Part shown: positions 28,381 through 37,508 of the stretch, one piece after another
Numbering within the stretch: position 1 is the first letter of the stretch
Layout of the letters: each line of letters opens with the position of its first letter
Assembly: GCF_016432865.1 (NCBI RefSeq)
Contig: NC_067400.1
Location: 624,030,001 to 624,094,000, forward strand
Origin: Antechinus flavipes
Lineage: Eukaryota
DNA length: 64,000 bases
Direction of reading: 5' to 3'
Position numbers and translations under genes: made by a program
Notes under the pieces: model-generated
What the model was told of the DNA's origin: nothing
The model's input: the letters and a program-made list of their open reading frames with translations, nothing else
Database searches by the model: none

Positions 28381-28990
28381 AGGGACGGAGAAAGAGAGAG
28401 ACAGACTCTGGGAAAAACAGATTGTGGGTGAGGGAGCACAGGGGGGCTGTGAGGGAGAGACCGCGGGACGGAGAAAGGGGAGAAGGAGCTCCGGAGAGAC
28501 ACGGGGACAGGGAGAGACGCTGAGGGCGCGTAGAGAAGGGGTTGTGGGGGAGGCAGAGGCCAAAGGGAGCGAGGGAGAGACAGACTGGGAAGGCAGACAC
28601 CAAGGGGAGAAGGTGAGGCAGAGAGACAGAGACTAGGAGAAGACGGGCGGGTGTGAGGGGGAGCCAGACAGAAAAGGGGGCGGGGAGAGACACTAATGGC
28701 GCATCTAAGGCAGGGACACTGAGGCAGAATCAAGAGACACAGAGAAACCGAGGCAAAGCCCGAGAGGCAGGAGGAGGTGAGGAACAGAGCCGGGTGGGGG
28801 AGGCAGCAAGGCGGGGGCTGCTTAAGATCGGCCCGAGATCCAGGCAGGAAGAGAGAGCTTGAAGCAGAAACAAGAGCAGAGAGCCTAAGGACAAAGACAG
28901 AGACCACGAGAGGGCAATAGAGGCAGAGGCTGAGACAGAAGGAAAGAGAGAAACAACAGCAGCAAAGGGCCAGAAACAGAAACAAGCCGA
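28381..28990 (+). repeat. GA-rich low-complexity tract
   Basis: GAGACAGAGA-type purine runs on the plus strand. Confidence 0.75.
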
Positions 28991-29859
28991 GTTCAGCCTC
29001 CTCCTGCCCTCAGAGCCCATCTCGCTGTCAGGGCCCGGACCCTCCATTCCCGCCCTGCATCTCCACAAGCTGAGCCTGAGAGCAAGTGTCCAGAGAGAAA
29101 CAGCCAGCCCCCTGCTGCCCCTAGGCCCAGGTCTGAGGAAATGCTGGCTGAGCGGGAAGGGTGGCTGGGGAGGTTTCTCTTCTGCCCTCTTGGAGAGTAG
29201 CTAAAGTGACTCCGTCTCTCCAGGGTCTGACCCCTCGACCCCCTTTTGTCGCTCTCCGTCAACATGGTTATTTTTCTCTCTGAGGTTCTTATGGTCACGT
29301 CCGACTCTCCATGACCCCGGTTGGGGGTTCCTTGACAAAGATACTGGAAAGATTTCCCCTTTCCTTCTATGACTCATTTTACGGATTTAGAAACCGAGGC
29401 AAACAGGCTGAAGCTCACAGCCAAAATCGCACAGTCGGGGTCTAAGGCCATGTGCTTGTGCACCATGGCGCCATCTAGCCGTGGATAGAGTCCCGTAATA
29501 CTCCCGGCCCCCCTGCCGTGTGACCTTAGGCTGGTCCTTTCCTCTGAGCTGTGACTCCTGGCGGGGGATTGTTCGGCCGCCTTGGTGCGCTGTGGGTAGG
29601 GAGGAGCCAGGGACCCGTCTGCTTCTTTATGTTCTTGCAATACTCAGCCCTGCACCGGTGCCGCCGCTGCGCCCAAAGGCGGTTTCCCTGCCCTGGGCTC
29701 CCCGGGAATGTGAGCCCCCCCCCCCCCCAGGGCTCCCCCGCCCGCTTTCGGCCACACCGCCCTTCTCGGCTGCCTGTGGGCGGCCTCTGTTTCCCTGACT
29801 CAGCGTCTGTCACTCTCAGGCTCTCGGGCTCTCTCCTCTCTCTCTGTCTCCTGTTCTGC

Positions 29860-29990
29860 TGAGACAAATGGGATTAGGTGACTGGCCCAGGGTCACACAC
29901 GTACAAGTTTTCAGTGTCTGAGATCAGATTTGAACTCAGCTCCTCCTGACTTTAGGGCTGGTGCTCTTTCCACTGCGCCACCCAGCGGCC
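29860..29990 (-). mobile_element. WSINE1/MAR1-like SINE abutting the left edge of the tandem array
   Basis: Reverse complement GGGCCGCTGGGTGGCGCAGTGGAAAGAGCACC...GAGTTCAAATC; its 5' end is about 10 bp from the first monomer. Confidence 0.85.
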
Positions 29991-29999
29991 CATAGGGTC

Positions 30000-32900
30000 T
30001 TTCAGGCTTTTATTCTCTCAGGGTCCCTGTTTCAGGCTTTTAGTCTCTCAGGGTCCCTGTTTCATGGTCTCTGTTTTAGACTTTCAGTCTCTCAGGGTCT
30101 CTTTTTTCAGGCTTTTAGTCTCTCAGGGTCCCTATTTCAGGCTTTTATTCTCTCAGGGTCCCTGTTTCAGGCTTTTATTCTCTCAGGATCCCTGTTATAG
30201 GGTTTTATTCTCTCAGGGTCCCTGTTTCAGGCTTTTAGTCTCTCAGGGTCCCTGTTTCAGGCTTTTAGTTTCTCAGGGTCCCGGTTTCAGGGTCTCTGTT
30301 TTAGACTTTCAGCCTCTCAGGGTCTCTTTTTCAGGCTTTTAGTCTCTCAGGGTCCCTATTTCAGGCTTTTATTCTCTCAGGGTCCCTGTTTCAGGCTTTT
30401 AGTTTCTCAGGGTCCCTGTTTCATGGTCTCTGTTTTAGACTTTCAGCCTCTCAGGGTCTCTTTTTCAGGCTTTTATTCTCTCAGGGTCCCTGTTTCAGGC
30501 TTTTAGTCTCTCAGGGTCCCTGTTGCAGGCTTTTAGTCTCTCAGGGTCCCTGTTGCAGGCTTTTAGTGTCTCAGGGTCCCTGTTTCATGGTCTCTGTTTT
30601 AGACTTTCAGTCTCTCATGGTCTCTTTTTCAGGCTTTTAGTCTCTCAGGGTCTCTTTTTTCAGGCTTTTAGTCTCTCAGGGTCCTGTTTCAGGGTCTTTG
30701 TTTTAGACTTTCAGCCTCTCAGGGTCTCTTTTTCAGGCTTTTAGTCTCTCAGGGTCCCTATTTCAGGCTTTTATTCTCTCAGGGTCCCTGTTTCAGGCTT
30801 TTAGTTTCTCAGGGTCCCTGTTTCATGGTCTCTGTTTTAGACTTTCAGCCTCTCAGGGTCTCTTTTTCAGGCTTTTATTCTCTCAGGGTCCCTGTTTCAG
30901 GCTTTTAGTCTCTCAGGGTCCCTGTTTCAGGCTTTTAGTCTCTCAGGGTCCCTGTTTCAGGCTTTTAGTGTCTCAGGGTCCCTGTTTCATGGTCTCTGTT
31001 TTAGACTTTCAGTCTCTCATGGTCTCTTTTTCAGGCTTTTAGTCTCTCAGGGTCTCTTTTTTCAGGCTTTTAGTCTCTCAGGGTCCCTGTTTCAGGGTCT
31101 TTGTTTTAGACTTTCAGCCTCTCAGGGTCTCTTTTTCAGGCTTTTAGTCTCTCAGGGTCCCTATTTCAGGCTTTTATTCTCTCAGGGTCCCTGTTTCAGG
31201 CTTTTAGTTTCTCAGGGTCCCTGTTTCATGGTCTCTGTTTTAGACTTTCAGCCTCTCAGGGTCTCTTTTTCAGGCTTTTAGTCTCTCAGGGTCCCTATTT
31301 CAGGCTTTTATTCTCTCAGGGTCCCTGTTTCAGGCTTTTAGTTTCTCAGGGTCCCTGTTTCATGGTCTTTGTTTTAGACTTTCAGCCTCTCAGGGTCTCT
31401 TTTTCAGGCTTTTAGTCTCTCAGGGTCCCTATTTCAGGCTTTTATTCTCTCAGGGTCCCTGTTTCAGGCTTTTAGTTTCTCAGGGTCCCTGTTTCATGGT
31501 CTCTGTTTTAGACTTTCAGCCTCTCAGGGTCTCTTTTTCAGGCTTTTATTCTCTCAGGGTCCCTGTTTCAGGCTTTTAGTCTCTCAGGGTCCCTGTTTCA
31601 GGCTTTTAGTCTCTCAGGGTCCCTGTTATAGGGTTTTAGTTTCTCAGGGTCCCTGTTTCAGGGTCTTTGTTTTAGACTTTCAGTCTCTCAGAGTCTCTTT
31701 TTCAGGCTTTTAGTCTCTCAGGGTCTCTTTTTCAGGCTTTTATTCTCTCAGGGTCCCTGTTATAGGGTTTTATTCTCTCAGGGTCCCTGTTATAGGGTTT
31801 TAGTCTCTCAGGGTCCCTGTTTCAGGCTTTTATTCTCTCAGGGTCCCTGTTTCAGGCTTTTAATTTCTCAGGGTCCCTGTTTCAGGGTCTCTGTTTTAGA
31901 CTTTCAGCCTCTCAGGGTCTCTTTTTCAGGCTTTTAGTCTCTCAGGGTCCCTATTTCAGGCTTTTATTCTCTCAGGGTCCCTGTTTCAGGCTTTTATTCT
32001 CTCAGGATCCCTGTTATAGGGTTTTATTCTCTCAGGGTCCCTGTTTCAGGCTTTTAGTCTCTCAGGGTCCCTGTTTCAGGCTTTTAGTTTCTCAGGGTCC
32101 CGGTTTCAGGGTCTCTGTTTTAGACTTTCAGCCTCTCAGGGTCTCTTTTTCAGGCTTTTAGTCTCTCAGGGTCCCTGTTTCAGGGTCTCTGTTTTAGACT
32201 TTCAGCCTCTCAGGGTCTCTTTTTCAGGCTTTTAGTCTCTCAGGGTCCCTATTTCAGGCTTTTATTCTCTCAGGGTCCCTGTTTCAGGCTTTTAGTTTCT
32301 CAGGGTCCCTGTTTCATGGTCTCTGTTTTAGACTTTCAGCCTCTCAGGGTCTCTTTTTCAGGCTTTTAGTCTCTCAGGGTCCCTATTTCAGGCTTTTATT
32401 CTCTCAGGGTCCCTGTTTCAGGCTTTTAGTCTCTCAGGGTCCCTGTTTCAGGCTTTTAGTCTCTCAGGGTCCCTGTTATAGGGTTTTAGTTTCTCAGGGT
32501 CCCTGTTTCAGGGTCTTTGTTTTAGACTTTCAGTCTCTCAGAGTCTCTTTTTCAGGCTTTTAGTCTCTCAGGGTCTCTTTTTCAGGCTTTTATTCTCTCA
32601 GGGTCCCTGTTATAGGGTTTTATTCTCTCAGGGTCCCTGTTATAGGGTTTTATTCTCTCAGGGTCCCTGTTATAGGGTTTTAGTCTCTCAGGGTCCCTGT
32701 TTCAGGCTTTTAATTTCTCAGGGTCCCTGTTTCAGGGTCTCTGTTTTAGACTTTCAGCCTCTCAGGGTCTCTTTTTCAGGCTTTTAGTCTCTCAGGGTCC
32801 CTATTTCAGGGTTTTATTCTCTCAGGGTCCCTGTTTCAGGCTTTTAGTGTCTCAGGGTCCCTGTTTCATGGTCTCTGTTTTAGACTTTCAGTCTCTCATG

Positions 32901-35430
32901 GTCTCTTTTTCAGGCTTTTAGTCTCTCAGGGTCTCTTTTTCAGGCTTTTAGTCTCTCAGGGTCCCTGTTTCAGGGTCTCTGTTTTAGACTTTTAGTCTCT
33001 CAGGGTCCCTATTTCAGGCTTTTAGTCTCTCAGGGTCCCTATTTCAGGCTTTTATTCTCTCAGGGTCCCTGTTTCAGGCTTTTAGTTTCTCAGGGTCCCT
33101 GTTTCATGGTCTCTGTTTTAGACTTTCAGCCTCTCAGGGTCTCTTTTTCAGGCTTTTAGTCTCTCAGGGTCCCTATTTCAGGCTTTTATTCTCTCAGGGT
33201 CCCTGTTTCAGGCTTTTAATCTCTCAGGGTCCCTGTTTCAGGCTTTTAGTCTCTCAGGGTCCCTGTTATAGGGTTTTAGTTTCTCAGGGTCCCTGTTTCA
33301 GGGTCTTTGTTTTAGACTTTCAGTCTCTCAGAGTCTCTTTTTCAGGCTTTTAGTCTCTCAGGGTCTCTTTTTCAGGCTTTTATTCTCTCAGGGTCCCTGT
33401 TATAGGGTTTTATTCTCTCAGGGTCCCTGTTATAGGGTTTTATTCTCTCAGGGTCCCTGTTATAGGGTTTTAGTCTCTCAGGGTCCCTGTTTCAGGCTTT
33501 TAGTCTCTCAGGGTCCCTGTTTCAGGCTTTTAATTTCTCAGGGTCCCTGTTTCAGGGTCTCTGTTTTAGACTTTCAGCCTCTCAGGGTCTCTTTTTCAGG
33601 CTTTTAGTCTCTCAGGGTCCCTATTTCAGGGTTTTATTCTCTCAGGGTCCCTGTTTCAGGCTTTTAGTGTCTCAGGGTCCCTGTTTCATGGTCTCTGTTT
33701 TAGACTTTCAGTCTCTCATGGTCTCTTTTTCAGGCTTTTAGTCTCTCAGGGTCCCTGTTTCAGGGTCTCTGTTTTAGACTTTCAGCCTCTCAGGGTCTCT
33801 TTTTCAGGCTTTTAGTCTCTCAGGGTCCCTATTTCAGGCTTTTATTCTCTCAGGGTCCCTGTTATAGGGTTTTAGTCTCTCAGGGTCCCTGTTTCAGGCT
33901 TTTATTCTCTCAGGGTCCCTGTTATAGGGTTTTAGTCTCTCAGGGTCCCTGTTTCAGGCTTTTATTCTCTCAGGGTCCCTGTTATAGGGTTTTAGTCTCT
34001 CAGGGTCCCTGTTTCAGGCTTTTAGTTTCTCAGGGTCCCTGTTTCAGGGTCTCTGTTTTAGACTTTCAGCCTCTCAGGGTCTCTTTTTCAGGCTTTTAGT
34101 CTCTCAGGGTCCCTATTTCAGGCTTTTATTCTCTCAGGGTCCCTGTTATAGGGTTTTAGTTTCTCAGGGTCCCTGTTTCAGGCTTTTATTCTCTCAGGGT
34201 CCCTGTTATAGGGTTTTAGTCTCTCAGGGTCCCTGTTTCAGGCTTTTAGTTTCTCAGGGTCCCTGTTTCAGGGTCTTTGTTTTAGACTTTCAGTCTCTCA
34301 GAGTCTCTTTTTCAGGCTTTTAGTCTCTCAGGGTCTCTTTTTCAGGCTTTTAGTCTCTCAGGGTCCCTGTTTGAGGCTTTCAGTCTCTCAGGGTCTCTTT
34401 TTCAGGCTTTTAGTCTCTCAGGGTCCCTGTTTCAAGCTTTTAGTCTCTCAGGGTCCCTGTCTCAGGGTCTCTGTTTTAGACTTTCAGTCTCTCAGGGTCT
34501 CTTTTTCAGGCTTTTAGTCTCTCAGGGTCCCTGTTTCAGGCTTTTAGTGTCTCAGGGTCCCTGTTTCAGGCTTTTATTATCTCAGGGTCCCTGTTATAGG
34601 GTTTTAGTCTCTCAAGGTCCCTGTTTCAGGCTTTTAGTCTCTCAGGGTCCCTGTTTCAGGCTTTTAGTTTCTCAGGGTCCCTGTTTCAGGGTCTCTGTTT
34701 TAGACTTTCAGTCTCTCAGAGTCTCTTTTTCAGGCTTTTAGTCTCTCAGGGTCTCTTTTTCAGGCTTTTATTCTCTCAGGGTCTCTGTTTTAGACTTTCA
34801 GTCTCTCAGGGTCTCTTTTTCAGGCTTTTAGTCTCTCAGGGTCCCTGTTATAGGGTTTTAGTCCTCAGGGTCCCTGTTATAGGCTTTTAGTCTCTCAGGG
34901 TCCCTGTTTCAGGCTTTTATTATCTCAGGGTCCCTGTTATAGGGTTTTAGTCTCTCAAGGTCCCTGTTTCAGGCTTTTAGTCTCTCAGGGTCCCTGTTTC
35001 AGGCTTTTAGTTTCTCAGGGTCCCTGTTTCAGGGTCTCTGTTTTAGACTTTCAGTCTCTCATGGTCTCTTTTTCAGGCTTTTAGTCTCTCAGGGTCTCTT
35101 TTTCAGGCTTTTATTCTCTCAGGGTCCCTGTTATAGGGTTTTATTCTCTCAGGGTCCCTGTTATAGGGTTTTATTCTCTCAGGGTCCCTGTTTCAGGCTT
35201 TTATTCTCTCAGGGTCCCTGTTATAGGGTTTTAGTCTCTCAGGGTCCCTGTTTCAGGCTTTTATTCTCTCAGGGTCCCTGTTTCAGGCTTTTATTGTCTC
35301 AGGGTCCCTGTTGCAGGCTTTTATTGTCTCAGGGTCCCTGTTGCAGGCTTTTATTCTCTCAGGGTCCCTGTTTCAGGCTTTTAGTCTCTCAGGGTCCCTG
35401 TTATAGAGTTTTAGTCTCTCAGGGTCCCTG
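30000..35430. repeat. Large 30-bp minisatellite/satellite array with higher-order structure (about 165-170 monomers plus about 30 14-bp half-units)
   Basis: Consensus TTTCAGGCTTTTAGTCTCTCAGGGTCCCTG. Variants include ..TTTTATTCTC.., TTATAGGGTTTT.. and TTTTAGACTTTCAGCCTCTCAGGGTCTCTT; half-unit TTTCA(G/T)GGTCTCTG. Counts are hand estimates. Confidence 0.99.
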
Positions 35431-35600
35431 TTTCAGGGTCTCTGTTTCAGGATCTCTGGTCTGTTTCAGGGTCTCTGTCTGTTTCAGGATCTCTGGTCTG
35501 TTTCAGGGTCTCTGTCTGTTTCAGAATCTCTGGTCTGTTTCAGGGTCTCTGTCTGTTTCACGGTCTCTGGTCTGTTTCAGGGTCTCTGGTCTGTTTCAGA
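35431..35600. repeat. 18/19-bp repeat tail of the array
   Basis: TTTCAGGATCTCTGGTCTG alternating with TTTCAGGGTCTCTGTCTG. Confidence 0.92.
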
Positions 35601-35869
35601 CTTCCAGGCGCTCTGCAGCTGCCTGAATTGCTTTTCTAGCTTGACTTTCTACATCTATCTGCTCCTGCCTCTGGGTCTCTTTCTTGCTCGGTGTCTCTGA
35701 ATCTTCCTGACGGTGCTCTCCATCTTGTTTTGTTTGTCTCGGCCTCTCTGTGTTTGTCCTGCGGCATCACTCACAGACCTTTGGATCTGAAGAGATCTCT
35801 GCAGCTGAATCTCTCTCTGCGTGTCTGTGTGTCTGTCACCCTACAGGCCGGCCTCTCCTGGGGTAGGGC

Positions 35870-36175
35870 CAGCCGTTCAGGAGAAAGGCGCCTGCGCGGG
35901 CACCGCCCATAGCAAAAATGGCGGCTACAGCTCGCAACCTCCAGTTATGGCGCTGCTTCTCGCGAGAGTCGCACAACCTTCTGCCGGTCAGGCCGGCCGG
36001 AGCCCCGCCCTCTCCGCGATCTTAATGGTTCATCTAAGCCAGGCCTATACTTCAATTGGCTTAAATTCCACACACCTTCCTCCCACCCCTTACCCTCCCC
36101 ACAGTCCTCAGGACCGAAGCGGGAAGGCCGGGCCGGGAGGGGGCGGGACTTCCGGGTGTGAGAGGAGGCGGGGTC
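35870..36175. promoter_or_regulatory. CpG-island housekeeping-type promoter, probably for SPHK2
   Basis: YY1 AAAATGGCGGC at 35915-35925, palindrome TCTCGCGAGA (BANP/ZBTB33-associated) at 35958-35967, ATTGG near 36055, GC box, and ETS ACTTCCGG at 36148-36155. Confidence 0.75.
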
Positions 36176-36189
36176 AGAGATACTGACAC

Positions 36190-36555
36190 TGAGCAGAGAT
36201 TGAGGGGGAGACGGAGCTTGAGAGACACGGAGACTACGAGAGACTCAGAGACTGAGAATGATGCTCAGACTAAAGAGACTGTTATAGAGACGCAGAGATT
36301 GGGAGACACAGAGAGACAGAGATTGATGAGACTTGGAGAGACAATAACGAGACAGAGACTTGGAGAGACAATAGACTGGGGGAGAGAGAGACTTGGATGG
36401 ACAACTTAGGGACGGGGGAGACAGACTCGGAGAGACAATAACTTAGAGACGGCGCGAACACTGGGGGAGACAGACTTTGGGAGAAAATAACTTAGAGACT
36501 GGGGGAGGCAGAGACTTGGAGAGACAATAACTTGGAGACTGGGGGAGACAGAGAC
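36190..36555 (+). repeat. Degenerate purine-rich minisatellite
   Basis: Recurring GAGACTTGGAGAGACAATAAC(TT)AGAGACTGGGGGAGACA. Confidence 0.8.
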
Positions 36556-37508
36556 CACTCAACTTGGGCTGGGTGTCAGGGAGAGGAGATGAGACACTGA
36601 GGGCGCCCGAGACCACTATGACGGGGGAGGAGCCGGGACGGAGCTAGAGCCTTCGGGAGCCTTGACCCGGGCTGGCCCTTGGGGAGCCCGCGGGGATGGG
36701 GGCCTGACGCTGGAGCTGCCGGATCCAGGAGGGTGAGAGGCCTCTGGGCCTGCCAGGCAGAGGGCGTGGCGGGGGCTGGGAAAGGAGGAGCAAAGGTCAG
36801 GTCTGGGGCTGGGTGGGGCGGGGGCGGGCCGCGGGTGGGTGTCCCAGCCAGAGCAGGACCTTGGCCAGAGACATTCGGGGCACCCAGGTCAGTGCTGCCC
36901 CAGCCCACTCCCTGGGGCCTTCCTGCTGCAGTCCCTGAGCGCTGGCCAGACCCAGCTGCTTCTCTGGCACTCTCCAGCTCGCCCGGCTCTCCGGCTGGCC
37001 CTCGGCCCTTGGGTGTCAAAGTCCTCTGGCTCCTTGTCCCTGTGTTGTCCTGCCCATCACTGGGCTCTCTGGGTTCTAGTTTCTGTCTTTCTCTCTTGCC
37101 ATCCTCATGCTGGGCCGTGGGGATGGGGGGGTTGGGGGGGCCTCCTGACCCTGTTCTCTCCTCATGTCTGGCTCTGAGAGGCTTTTCAGTACCCCCCTCC
37201 CCTTGGGTCTCTCTCCTTGGCCTTGGGGTGGGGGCAGAGGCCCTTTGGCCTTGACTTCTTCGTGGGGGCCTTGGGGGCAAGGAGCTCGAGAGATGGGGTC
37301 ACAACAGGGTGGGCCCCAAAGGAGCGCAGGCCTTCAGAGGCTGCTGCCTGGTGCGGGTGTGCGGGAAGGGCCAGACCCTCCAGGTCTTCCCCCAGCCTGG
37401 CCCTAACCTCCCTCCCTCTGTCCCTGCAGATCCTGGCCTTTGGGAAGAGCTGAGCTGACCTCGCCCTGATCCCCAGGCAGCCCAGGCCAGGTGGGGCTGG
37501 GTGGGGCC

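Noticed and set aside
30000-35600. CRISPR array
   Set aside because: Units are contiguous variants of one monomer with no unique spacers, there are no cas genes, and the context is a eukaryotic spliced-gene locus.
29961-35626. ORFs inside the array as real proteins
   Set aside because: They are direct translations of the repeat, mostly with non-ATG starts, and are broken by half-unit frameshifts.
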